64,000 bases of DNA from the human T2T-CHM13v2.0 reference genome, Homo sapiens. The stretch lies in NCBI RefSeq assembly GCF_009914755.1, contig NC_060944.1, one strand, 5' to 3'. The notes under the pieces are model-generated. The model was not told the DNA's origin. It made no database searches and was given only the letters and a program-made list of their open reading frames with translations. Below are positions 46,864 to 62,330 of the stretch, piece by piece; within the stretch, counting starts at the first letter, position 1, and each line of letters opens with the position of its first letter. The position numbers and the translations under genes were made by a program.

Positions 46864-47445
46864 TAGTGGATATCTGTTTTATTTTTCTGCCCAGAATCCA
46901 TTCTCCTGTCTTTTCATAATTGTGCCTTCAGTCACCAAAGAGGGAGGGAACCAATCTTTCCCCTTTCTCAGCCTTACATGTTCTGATGAGGCTCTTTCTA
47001 GCTCTGAATCCTGGACCAGGCCCATGAGGTTGGCCTGGACAATCAGGGTATCTCCTTTTGCCTGGCTGCTGTGATTGGGTGAAAGAGACATAAGACCCTA
47101 GATGAGCCAATGAGAGCTTTCCCTGGAACTTTTGCTGGAGCCCTTGGAAAGAGGCCTCTCTTTCAGCTGGGGTCACCACACTGGGGAGATGGACCTGTGG
47201 GGGCCATCTTGCCATCACAAAGAGGGAACCTTCCTAATAAAGCCAACCCAATGACAGAAAACGCAAGAAGCAGAAAGACAGGGTTCTGACAGCGTTTGAG
47301 CACTGGGACCTGGCAAAGTTTGCCTGAACTAATTTCGATTATGTTTCTTCATGCTGGATAAATGAGATAGTAATCTAAATTCCATTTTGTTTTTATTTTT
47401 TTGCTGACTTCAAGCCTAAGGCCCAAGAGTTCTCCATCTGTTCAT

Positions 47446-48445
<1,000 letters not shown>

Positions 48446-48619
48446 TCACAAACATGCAAGATAATTTCAAGGGGGCGAGAAGTCCTAAGAAGAACATAAA
48501 GCCGGGTGTCATGGTCGAGAATGAGAGGGTTGAGGAGTACTAACCGACACAGGAAGGGCAGGAAGGAAGAGAGAATGGATGGAGGAAGTTCTCCGCAGTG
48601 TGTGAACAACGCTCTAGAC

Positions 48620-49145
48620 CAGGGATCCCCAACCCCTGGGCTGCAGACAGGTAGACAGGTAGCGGTCTGTGGCCTGTTAGGAACTGGGCTGCATAGCAGG
48701 AGGTGAGTGGCAGGCGAGTGAGCAAACTTCATCTGTATTTACAGCCGCTTCCCATCACTTGCATCACTGCCTGAGCTCTGCCTCCTATCAGATCAGCAGC
48801 AGATTATCATAGGAGCGTGAACCCCGTTGTGAACTGTGCATGCGGGGGATCTAGGTTGTGCACTCCTTATGACAATCTAATGCCTGATGATCTGTCACTG
48901 TCTCCCATTGCCCCCGGGTGAGACCATCTGGTTGCAGGAAAACAAGCTCGGGCTCCCACTGATTCTACATTATAGTGAGATGTATAATTATTTCATTACA
49001 TATTATAATGTGATAATATTAGAAATAAAGTGCACACTAAATGAAATGCGCTTGAATCATCCCAAAACATCCCTCACCCCCAGTCCGTGGAAAAACTGTC
49101 TTCCACGAAACCGGTTGCTTGTACCAGAATGGTTGTGGGCCAGTG
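48620..49145. mobile_element. MER1A (hAT-Charlie), full length
   Basis: caggg.tccccaaccc terminus; 8-bp TSD ctctagac / ctccagac; about 526 bp. Confidence 0.88.
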
Positions 49146-50700
49146 CTCCAGACAGAGGTAACTGCACATACAAAGGGCCTGGGGCAGGAATGGACCTTGG
49201 AAGTTCTGAGGAACAAAGAGGCTAGGCAGCCTGAGTGCTGTCACCAAGGAAGGGACAGATAGGAGATGTGGACAGAGAGGTGAGCACGCCCAGGCCAAAC
49301 AAGGTCTTGGCAGCCCTGGCGAGGAGATGCCAGTTTATCCAAAAAGCAGTGGGCAGCCGTAGGAGGTTTTCAGCCGGAAGTGATGTGGTCAGGTTTACAT
49401 TTTTTAAAAGTGTCCTCCGGCTGTGGGTGGGGAGAAGGAATGGCCAGTTGCTGGGGACAAACAGGGACAAGCAGATCGCCAGGGCGAGAGGCGAGAGCTG
49501 CTTCTGTCTTGCCACTCCATGCATTCCTGTCTTCGGCCTGCCTGTTTTTAGTGAGGCTGTGGCTATTGAGGAAGACTGGGCTGCGGGGGACACCAAGGCC
49601 CTGCTGACTGGTTGTAGCAGGGCCAGGCGGAGCTCTGGGTGTTGGTGGCATGGAGGGCGGGCTGCCTGTGCCTAATTAAATGCTGGCTCCAGCCATCCGC
49701 TCCCTAGAAGGGTCTTGCAGCTCCTGCAAATGAGGATGAGGCCCATTCATTCCCTGGAAACTCAATTAGCTGGGTATGGAGGGCTCCATCTCTAGTGACA
49801 GGTTTTATTGCCTGCTGAGTCACCACGAGGACAAGCTGTGTCTTAAATATCTGTCTTGTGCCTTTTAAAGTGTGGTTTTGTTCAGAGGGATGGACTAGAG
49901 GAGGGGGAGAAAATCCACAACAGACCCTCAGAACAAGGCCTGTCACTCAATGGATATTTAATTATCGCCTTGGAGGAATCTGACACTACTTGCACCTTTC
50001 AAAGAGCTGTTCTCAGCGCCATCAGACTGACCTCCCATTTCTATGACAAATATTTTGTAGAGCGCCCTTGTTTTCTTGAAAGGAAATTTATAGGTAACAA
50101 AAGCTACCTATGCATGTCATTTCCACAAAATCAATATAATGCTCTAACTGCAATCTACAGGGAAAATAAAAGGAAAGCAATTTATAATGAAGATAAATTT
50201 CAATATGAAATTCCCCCAGCACATCCATCAAGAAGGCACAACACAGTAGTCAGGCAGACGCCTGCACCTAGACACAGATTCACTGGGAATGTGACAATTA
50301 CAAGGGCAGCTGGGTGGGCGGGCGACATTTGCCATTCAAATCCTTTGGCGTAGCACTGTCATCGGGGATGGGACTTTCAGAAATAAGGAATGACTCTTGG
50401 GAAAGTTTTGCACTCAAGTATAATATTGCCTCCATTTTCTTATTCCGTACATTCCTGGGAATATGCAAAAACCCTCCAGTATTTACATATAAAATAGACG
50501 TAGGTTCAAGACTCAGATGACAATAAACATAAAATAATCTACCCATATGAGTGATGTGGTAGGAAACTCAGAAGCTATGTGGAATACAATGCAATGTGGG
50601 GGCCACGTGGACTCTGCTGTGCAGAGCAGGACATCAAAGTCCTTCTTAGTCTCCGCCCCCAGGAAGCCAGCAAAGTCAAATCCTTCACCATCACCGGCAA

Positions 50701-50734
50701 TGCAGTCACAGAGTTTAACCCCTAGGGGGCGGTG
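50701..50734 (+). promoter_or_regulatory. Candidate CTCF site with upstream (ZF9-11) motif
   Basis: TGCAGTCAC, 6-nt spacer, then core TAACCCCTAGGGGGCGGTG. Confidence 0.65.
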
Positions 50735-51389
50735 TGCTCCCTTGAGAACCACCAGCTTAGAAAGAAGTTTGCAAGCCGGTGGCCTGCAGACCAATCCATC
50801 CCTCAGGTGTGTTTGCTGTGGGCCTGCCCGGTGTTTTCAGTTGCTCATTCTTAAAAAGTAGAGTGAACAGTCCACAGTTGAAATCTGGGCACCCCCTCCC
50901 CACCCAGCCTGCCTCTCTGCTTTGGGCTACCTGCCAGCCCTCTATGCATTTGGAGCCCCCAGGCTAGAACGGGTTCACACAGGGATGGCAGAGGAAGCCC
51001 CGCTCCCGGCCTCGGTGTAGGAACTCGGTTTCCCTTCATTTGCTCAAATCCCCTGCGACACGGATGGATTCCCAAAGGACTCGCTGTGTGGGCTGGCACA
51101 ACCTGCTGGCCCCGGGATGGATGGTGTCTGCTGCTCGGAGAACAGGAACCTGTCCTGAGACCCTGACCCGAGACCCAGGAAGGTTTGGGAAGACAGATCA
51201 AGGTACTGGGAGCATAAGGGGAAGTGAGTGCAGGGATGAGGAGGAGGAGATTGGATTACAGATGAGGAATCACGGAAAGCACTCACCTAAAGTTCGACAG
51301 CCACCACCCCCTGCGTTTTTATTGCCCCTTCTCAGTGCTGTGTGTCACTCCCCACTCCCAAAAGATTTTGTTTGATTAGGCTTTATTCT

Positions 51390-51890
<501 letters not shown>

Positions 51891-52269
51891 CCTAACTCAT
51901 TCCAGAATGTTCAGGGAGTCACAGCTAGCACCTAGGAGAGGACTACAAAAGGTCTCATGCACTCTGAAACCCCCGGAAGCCTCTTGAGGCCCAGGAGACA
52001 GGGTGTGCCTGTCTGTCACCACAGTCGCCCTTCCCTCACTTTTGACCCTGCAGCTGTTTCAACGCCCACTGCAGGTGGAGATTCCTTGAGAGAAACCATG
52101 GTTGGGAAGGGAAGGCTACGCATGGAGCTGATCTTCAGGGCGGCCACACTGCTCCCCACCCAGGACCACAGCTGGGGCAGTGAAGAGGGGAAGAGCGGCA
52201 GGTTTGCTCAGTTTGACATCGGCTCTGCAGCCTTTATGGGGGGGGCGGGGTTTAATGTGTGAAAGAAAC

Positions 52270-52720
52270 CAGCCGTCACGAGATGAATGTGTTCCCCAAA
52301 ATATATGCTCAAGTCCTTGCCCAGGTACCTGTGAGGGTGACCGTGTTTGTAACATGGTGTTGTAAGATGAAGTTACGCTGGATCAGAGCGGGCTCTAGTC
52401 CAATCACTGGTGTCCTGACAGAAGAGGGAAATTTGGACACTGATTCAGAGAGGAGCAGGCCACGGGAAGAGAGGGACCCACAGGGAGGAGGCCGCATGAA
52501 GATGAAGGCAGAGGCTGGAGTGATGTGGCCACAAGCCAAGGGGTGCCAAGATTCCCAGCAACCCCCAGGAACTCAAGGGCAAAGGACCCTCCCCTGAAGC
52601 CTGCAGGGAAAGCGTGGCCCTGATGATGCTTGATTTTGGGGTTCTGGCTCCCGGAACTGTGAAAATCGCCTTTTGTTCTAAGCCACCCAGTCTGTGGTCC
52701 ACTAGGGAAGTGGATACACC
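52270..52720 (+). mobile_element. MaLR LTR (MLT1B/C-like)
   Basis: gaatgtgttcccc...gaggctggagtgatgtggccacaagccaagg...taagccacccagtctgtgg. Confidence 0.8.
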
Positions 52721-53737
52721 TGCTAAGGGGGTGGGACAGAGAGGGTGTCACCTGGAAACAATCGGAAACCCTGCCCCATCGGCCTCACATCAGCTTCCTC
52801 TTTCCCCGTGGCCACTTCCTCTTACGGCGCAGGGAACCTCTCCTCCTGGGTGTGTGGGCACAGGTCACGTATCACTCAGGGTGGCGTCTTATCACAGGCA
52901 CTGGGTGACTAGTGCTTAGATGTCACAACACTGCTGCACAGATGGAGAGACTGACGCCCAGAGGGGATGAGGTCTCAGCTCAAGGTCACAAGGGCGCTTA
53001 AGGCGGAGTCTAATTCTTTAGACTCTTGCTCAAAACAAGTGCTTCACTTATTTTGAAATCTGAGGTCTTAGAGAAAGGAAGTGACTATCAAATTAGAGGA
53101 AGAAATTTCGCTTGAAGATGTGCACGGAGGCGGCAAATCCGTGCCTCTCGAGGACACGCTGGGTCAGCCTGGGTCCCAGGAGGGGCTGTGCAATTCCCGT
53201 GGATACTCGGATCCCCACAGTGGGGAAGGCTGGGTGTTCGCTGCAGAGAGACAGGAAGGCTACCTGCTGTGAGCAGTGGATACACTCCACGGGGTGAATG
53301 GAGAGGCTCTGCTGTCCCCCCACAGGCCGGAGAGGGGGAGGGAAGATGGGCAGATGAGAGGCAGCTGGACCGAGGGAAGAAGGGAGCTGTGTGTGTGCGT
53401 GCGTGCGTGCACACTTGTGTGCACTCAAGGAGAGAGGAAGAGAGCAGGGAGCAAACCCAGGAGAAGAGCCAAGCAAAGAGAAGGCTGCCATTGTGAAGGC
53501 AGGGACAGCTGCACCAGGGGCCCAGGGACGGCATCCCGGGAATAATTTCAGTCTTCTCTTCCCTGTGTGTGCAGAGAGGCTGAGAAGAAAGAGGAGGAAA
53601 GGCTGAGATGGTGGGAGTGGGGGTGGAGAGGAGAGAAACGGGAGAGGAGAAAGGAGTGTGGAAGAGATGGGGGTGGGCTGCTGGCGGGGACAGAATGTGG
53701 AGACTTAGTCACCAGTCATCCTGGGAAGGTCTCCTGA

Positions 53738-54123
<386 letters not shown>

Positions 54124-54149
54124 TGAGAGCTGGCATTTTAGAAACGAGA

Positions 54150-54980
54150 CAATCAATGAGACAAATGGGCAGAATACACAGTCAGTGGTGTTCAGTGGTG
54201 ATGGGGGCACTGGTGGGAAAAAACTGGGATGAACAGGAGGCATGGGGTAGTCAAGGAAGGCTTCTTTGAGGAGGCAGCATTGGAACACAGACACGAGGAA
54301 AGTGCAGACGTGTAGAAGTTTTGAGAAAAGGAAAGAAGTGCAAAGCACTGTGAGTGGGTGCATGTCAGGTGTGGCTGACTGCTTGAGAAGCTGTGGCTGG
54401 AGGACAGTGACTGAGGGGAGACCAGGAGGCTGAGAGGGTTCAGAGAGAAGGGAAGGATCACTGGGACCCTGAGGTGGCTGTCGGGGCCTCTACCCTGAGT
54501 AGGTGGGAGCCAAGGAGGGCTCTGCCCAGAGGAGAAAGAGCATCTGAACTAGGTTCTGACCAGACCCCTCTGGCTGCTGCATTGAAAACAGACCAAGGGG
54601 TCATAAACGCAGAAGCTGGGGGATCCCAGGAGAAACCTGGAACAGGGCAGGCGGGGAAGACAGTGGCGCGGATGGGCTGGTGGCAGCAGAGGGGACTCTG
54701 GGCATATTTTGAAGGCAGAGCTGACAGGGTTTGCTGATGAACTGAATGTGGAGTGTGAAAGGAATAGGAAAAAAAAAATCAAGAATGGTGCTAAGGTTTT
54801 GGCCTGAGCAACTGGAAAACTGGAGGTGCCGAGGAGAAGCCTGTGAGAGGCGCCGGGGAGGCGGGGGACCAGGAAGTGATGCTGGACTCATGCTTGATGT
54901 GCTGGGGAGAGCTCTGGGGCGATGGCCAGGAGGCAGAGGGGCCAGGGTGGATGGGGTTCAGGGCAAGGGGCTAAGGGTAG
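54150..54980 (+). mobile_element. L2 fragment
   Basis: cctctggctgctg, ttttgaaggcagagctgacagggtttgctgatg and ggcctgagcaactgg motifs. Confidence 0.75.
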
Positions 54981-55593
54981 ATCCAGAGAGTGGCAGGGAA
55001 AGAGGGGCATTGGGCCACTTTATAGCATTGCAGAGGAGGACGGCCCACGCAGCAGCCCTCCTGCCCCTGCGGTCCTGAATGAAACCGCTTTAGGGAAAAA
55101 ACAAGTCTCATTTGTTGGGGATGCCAAAATGCCTAGCGGGCGCCTTTCCATCCTCCTGTGTGAGAGGGCGATGGGGTGCCCCAAGTGTAGTGTAGTGTAG
55201 ATGGGGTGGGGTCATCAGGACACAGAGGCCCCCCAGACCCTGGTGAGGGTAGCTGCCCAAGGCTGATGGCCAGGTTCTGGTCCTCAGCTGACCTCTCTAC
55301 CCAGCTTTGTGCGAGAAGAGTGAAAATAACTGGGGCGCTCAGGGCCAAACCCCAAAACAGGCTCCAACTGAGAGCCCTGGCAAGGCCTGGTCTTGTAAGG
55401 AGCATGTACCCCCTGCTCCCCTGACGCATTTTAGAACATGATGCAGAAGGGCAGAGGGCCCGCCACCATCTCTGCGAAAGTCTGGACCGGATGGCAGAAG
55501 CTGGGGCTGGGAAACAACTTCAGAACTGCCAGATTCAGGTGTGGAAGGAGAAAGGCATTATCCCAATGGGGAGAAAATGGCACTCCAATCTAG

Positions 55594-55925
<332 letters not shown>

Positions 55926-56322
55926 AGCTGATGTTACTTTTTTTTTGTTTTTTGTTTGCCAAAGGCAGTGTAGTAAAATTGTGATCGGCACTCCAGTATG
56001 CTTTTCCTTATTCTTTCCAGCAGCCCTTGATTTCTACCTGGCAGTCCAAGTGCTGGGGAAAAAGGGACTCAGCCAGCTGCTGCAGAGCAGGTGATCCACG
56101 CTGGGCAAGTTGGCACAAACCATGTGCTTTATATGATGATTGGCTCAGGGGCTGGCATGTGACTCAGGGTGGTCCAATCAGAAGGGATCTCATGCCTTGA
56201 GCATTCTGGAAAAGGATGCTCTCTTGCTCCTGCCAGATGTGGACAAGGAGGCACACAGCTGCTGGAGTGCCAGCCACCATGTCCAGACCTCCAGCCTCGT
56301 GATATGATCATGATACTCGTAA

Positions 56323-56664
<342 letters not shown>

Positions 56665-57219
56665 TAGGGAGCAAAAAATTCAATGTTTTTGAAGCCAGCT
56701 GCAGTCGGGGTTCCTGTCCGTTGGATCTAAAGGGAATCTATTGCCATGAGCATCACACATCTTCAAGAGCAAACAGGGCAGCCAGGAAGTGTGTTCCCTT
56801 GCTCAAGCAGAACTCACACATCAACATCACCTCCTCAGAACCGAGGGGGACACAGCCAGAGTAAAATTGCTGAGTAGAAGGAGATGTCCATTTTCAGCTT
56901 TGCCAGAAATTGGCAAACTGTTCTTCAAAGTGGAGGGAACAATTTACCATCATGCTGCTGGCGCATATGATTTCCTGTTTTCCTACATTCTCACCAACAT
57001 TTGGTGCGATGGGACCTCTTCATATTTGCTGTGGTCATGGCTGGGATGTGATAATGCACTGTTGGCTGCGTTTGCATTTTGCTGATTACCAGAGGCTGAG
57101 CACATGCTGCCACATTTTGATCCATGAGTGCAACTTACCATGACATTCATCAGAACACTGGCCTGAGGTGGGCTGTGTGATGTTGTGCTATTGTGCAAAT
57201 CGTCATCGTCATTGCTAAC

Positions 57220-57363
57220 TTTTTTTTATTACTGTTTTTTAAAAATTGAGAAGGGATCTCACTATTTTGCCCAAGCTGGTCTCGAACCCCTGGCCTCAGG
57301 TGATCCTTCCACTTTGGCCCCCCAAAATGTTGGAATTACAGGTGTGAGCCACTGCACCCAGCC
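57220..57363 (-). mobile_element. FLAM-like Alu monomer
   Basis: TSD tcattgctaa. Confidence 0.88.
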
Positions 57364-57727
57364 ATCATTGCTAAATTTCCCAAGTGCCTACCACGACCAT
57401 GTACCAGACACTGTTCTAATGTATTTAATCTTCACAAAACTCTATGAGTTAAGTGACATTATTAACTGTGGTTGAGGAGGCCAAGACACAGAAGCTAAAT
57501 AACTTGTCCAAGTTCATGCAGGCAGAAAGCAGCAGAGACTGGATTCAAACCCAGGCAAAGCTAATGCCCTCAACCACTCTGCAGAGAGCTGGGAGGTGTC
57601 TCATTCTGGGAACACTGTACAACTTTGACTTGTGGATATATAAGTGATCACAGGCAGGGCAACAGCACTTCAACTGCTGAACTGTGTTAAAGGATGACTA
57701 TAAAACCTTTGTAAAAACTGAGGATGT

Positions 57728-58072
<345 letters not shown>

Positions 58073-58655
58073 TCATATCTGAGATCCAAGTCCCTCAAGT
58101 TGTAAGAAGCCATACAGAGAAATATTCATGAACAAATTGATATTTATCCTGCTTAAACTTAGCTTCTCTCATTTTGTCTTTTGTCAATCTCCACTGCAAA
58201 CATGGGGCCATGCAAAGCAAGATCACTGCAAAATGAAATTGCAAATATTTTAAAAGATGCAGGGTTTGTAAAATTAATTAAAATGACGCTGGAAGATAGC
58301 TCAAAAAACACATGCAAATCCACTGACGAATAATTACCTGGTCTATAAAGATACTACATGAAGGAGAAGAGACTATTGAGAAGGATGATGAAGTATGAGA
58401 TGCACTTCACAGGGGAAGATTCAGATGTCAGAGAATTAGGAGAGGCCCTTGAAAAAATTGATCAAATCCTCAAATACTTTTGCAAAAATGTCCCTAGTGA
58501 AGTAAAGGATATCATCTTGTGCCATCCATTTCAATTTGTGAAACACATTATATTCCTCCCTACACTTTGTCAATTCACTTGCTTGAAGAATCAACTCATT
58601 AGTTGCAACTAGAGCCCAATATTTGTTAAATATCATTAGATGCAACCTAACAGAG

Positions 58656-58952
58656 GGCCGGGTGCGTTGGCTCATGCATGTAATCCCAGCACTTTGGAAG
58701 GCCAAGGCAGGTGGATCACTTGAGGCCAGGAGTTTGAGACCAGCTTGGCCAACATGGCAAAACCCCATCTCTACAAAAAATACAAAAATTAGTCAGGCGT
58801 AGTGGCAGGCGTCTGTAATCTCAGCTATTCAGGAGGCTGAGACAGGAGAATCGCTTGAACCCAGGAGGCAGAGGTTGTAGTGAGCTGAGACTGTGCCACT
58901 GCACTCCAGTCTGGGTGACAGAGCAAGACTCTGTCTCAGAAAAAGAAAAAAA
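58656..58952 (+). mobile_element. Alu (AluS-like)
   Basis: Dimer; agatg(c/t)aac(c/a)taacaga on both flanks. Confidence 0.93.
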
Positions 58953-61199
58953 GAGATGTAACATAACAGAGTTATTCTCGAAACATTGTAGTTTCATTTC
59001 AAGATCAAATACCTTACTAAATACATTAAAAGCACTATTTATTATGAAATGTTGGTCCACTTAAGTAGCATTTTTCTGGGGTCAGTCTTCCTCAGTTTGG
59101 GCTGATCTCCTCTATTCAAACGAGTATCACAAACACAAATGGCTAATAACTGTTAGGGTGGCCTAGACTTCACTTGTCCTTCAGTATCCGTTTTCTTCTT
59201 CTCCCACAGTAAAATAACTTTCATCTGGGCAAATGTCCACCTAGAATAAGACTACATTTCCCAGGCCCCTTTGCTGCCATGCATGGCCATATGACTTGTT
59301 TCTCACCAATGGGAAATAAGGAGAAATGGAGTCGGAGTATCTGACCACTTCATAGAGCAGGGCCACCAGAACAACTTGGAATTTTATTTGACATCCCCGG
59401 TCTCTCTCACACACACAGCCAAACTTAAATCCAACTGAACCAACTTTGCTAGGTGGCCACGTGAACACAGGGTTTAACATGGCTGAAGACTCAGCAGGAA
59501 CAATTTACTTTTGGTCCTTGGGGGATTAAAAATTTACAGTATATTCTAATATGTATGTACAAATCAATCTAAAAGGAAAAAATAATCTAAAAGGTTTTGA
59601 ATTCATTATAGATTTTTGTCATTTTTCTTAGTCAACACTGATCAGTATAACATATCACGCAGTTGGATCTTTAAAAACATTTCCACTTTAAACAACAACT
59701 CAATATAAAACTCAAACCTGAGCTTCCTAGCTGCCAGGGCAAAGAGGGAAACTATACAGGGTATGTGGCTCTTATTATGTAATAACAAGGAGTACACCAG
59801 TTCATCAGACTAAACAGGTGTTTTCAGGGTCCTGAGTTCTGAAAGTAAGGCTGGAATGGGATTCTTTGTACAGAGTGGCATTCTAAATATAATGAATAAA
59901 ATTCTCAGTGGCAGTTTTACAAAAACGTAAATGTTCTCGGTATCTGGCTCTTTACACTTGACATTACGCTCCCAGTCTTCATGAGGGTATAATAATGAAT
60001 CATAGTTGAATAAAAGCACTTATTTAGGGAGACAGCTTTTTGGTGATTTGCATACATTCAAGGACAAGTTTGGGAAATCCACTTTAGAGAATGTTTATTC
60101 TTGAAATGATTGATTTTCTCATGTCGCCTGTAAGATTTTGAAACACTAGCCTTTAGCTCCCACCCTGAGCCCTCAAAATGGCACAGAATATATGAGTTTC
60201 CTTTCAGTCTGATGAATACTATTTCCATGCCCCCTCTGAATTCCCATGATCTTGCATTCCATTTTGATTATGCCACAAACACCTCACTTTGACTCTGGGC
60301 AGGTCTCTTTTTTGGGCTGCAGTGGCCCTAGCTGTGAAATGAGGGGGATTGATGAGAACAGGTCTAGGGTCTTTACTGATCTTCCAGCATCCAAAACGAA
60401 AGGTTTCTGTACAGACCTTTCACCCAGAGGTTGTGAAAAGAGAGTCTGTGAGCCACACACTCACTCCTCAGACATATTTTCTTTGGCCCCCAGTATACAT
60501 TAAAGAAAAAATAAGCTGTGCCGGCATATTTTAAAATAAGATTTTCAGTGAAATATTCAGACTTTAAAACATTTCAAGGCTGGTCACTCTTGAGTGCATG
60601 GCTGTACTTTCTAGAGCCAAGTTGCAGGTGCATCTTCAATAAGGGCCCACTGCTGTGCTGCGGGCCTGCCTGTCCTGCTTCTGCTAGCAACATCCAGGCC
60701 CCTGCCAATCATCTAGGGTGGTGGCCATGGTAACTTCTGACACATGTGGCTTTCTGCAGAGGCTCAGGGGAACCAACAGGTGGTTGATTCTGCATAATGG
60801 CACGCACAATACACAGGAACAAGGTATAGGAACGAGGCCTTCCTAGTTCTCAGCAGAACATACTTTCTAGGTGATTCTGGCTATGGGATGAGGCTGTAAG
60901 AAGACACACCTTACTGGCTTGCTCCCCACACCAAAGCATCCCTGCCAGCCCACACTGTGTATCTGAGAGGAAGCTGCCCAGCCTCGAGGGCTGCAGGTCC
61001 AGCACTGCGGACAGGGCTGGAGGAGGAGTCCATCCTTCCCTTGCGGCACTCCCACCCAAACAAACCCCTTGTCACTTGGATGCAACTTCCTGGGGTTGCA
61101 ACATCTGAGCCACAATATCTTGATTTCACAACCGCCGTGGCTTCTTACCCAAGGCGGGGAGTATTTATTTATTTTTAATTAAAGCAAGTTAAATGAATT

Positions 61200-61605
61200 G
61201 AGTCTGGAGGGTTTTGCAATGGCGCTAGAGGTAAGTGACTATACTGTAATTGCATCTCTACCTCAGACAACCAGCCTGGCAGGTGAGCCTTCAGAGCCCA
61301 CCAAAGACCTCCTGAAGGATAAGCAAACAGGAACTGGGTCGCCCTCCACCCAGGATGACACGGGTGAGTGTGGACAGTCAACCACCATGTCAGTTTCTGC
61401 ACCACCTTGGTTACTGCCACGTAGAAAGCGACCACACAGCCCCATTATCTGTTCCCCTCCATGAATTCCCATCCCCCACCCCTATGTTTTGGAACCTTCT
61501 TCCAAGCTAATGGTTTGAAGTCAACGAAACAGTCCCTGATGGGCTTAATAACTATTAACAGAGGATGCAAACTCATGCATGGGCACCTTATGGCCTCTCC
61601 ACACT
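61200..61605 (+). repeat. Local direct repeat, copy A (downstream of exon 3 in transcript sense)
   Basis: Colinear blocks shared with 62331-62701; core 61200-61263. Confidence 0.85.
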
Positions 61606-61867
61606 ATAATTCATAGTTTGAAAAGACTCACTTTTTTGGGGGACTCAAATTCCTTTGACAAGGTCACTTTACATCACTACTGTAGGCAAATAAATCTGTA
61701 TTTCTTTAATACACACAGAAATAAATGCACAACTCTGAAATTATAAGAGAGTTGCTCTAGGGGCTATCCAGAATCAACTCGGGTACCGCAGTGGTGTGCA
61801 GACCACACCTAGGGACGCCCGCCCTGGCTGTCACTCCCTTCCTGCACCTGCCCCCGTCCCTGCTCAC

Positions 61868-62107
61868 CTGTCCGGTAGCCAGTGCTATTGAGGTACACGG
61901 CAAAGGTGCGGCTCTCGTGCTGTGCCTGCCAGGAGGGCGAGGAGCAGTTCTCATTGTTGGTGTAGGTGTTGTGGTTGTGGACGTACTTGCCGGTGAGGAT
62001 GGAGGAGCGTGAGGGGCAGCACATGGGTGTGGTCACGAAGGCGTTGATGAAGTGCGCCCCGCCCTGCTCCATGATGCGCCGGGTCTTGTTCATCACCTGC
62101 ATGGAAC
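61868..62107 (-). CDS. SULF2: SULF2 coding exon (exon 3 by recall), 240 nt, phase 1-1; encodes [80 protein letters not shown]
   Basis: Acceptor cttgcag|GTTCC, donor ACAG|gtgagc. Contains the sulfatase signature C-x-P-S-R-x-x-x-L-T-G; the catalytic Cys (formylglycine) codon is at 62021-62019. Confidence 0.98.
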
Positions 62108-62330
62108 CTGCAAGTCAAGGGTGGAAGTAAGGCGCAGGGCAGGAGACCCGGGCGGCACCGGCACCAGGGGGCTCTCAGCACGTGGCATCCCTAGGTCTGG
62201 AGTGGGCACATTCTGCAGACCTACGGGGCAGACGGGGCAGGGGCCACTGCTGCACGGTGGGACTGTCCTGCATAATCAGGAAGGACCCTGGGTCCCGAGT
62301 CCACCTGGACACTCCTGAGGTCCAGGTCTG

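Noticed and set aside
60400-61000. Possible decayed duplicate of exon 3 one repeat unit away
   Set aside because: Only scattered short matches (TTCTGCAGA, CTGCATAAT) at an inconsistent offset; no recognisable sulfatase translation.
61258-61265. let-7 seed match CTACCTCA (TGAGGTAG on minus) at the end of repeat copy A
   Set aside because: Only 8 nt, absent from copy B, and no let-7 precursor structure or mature sequence.
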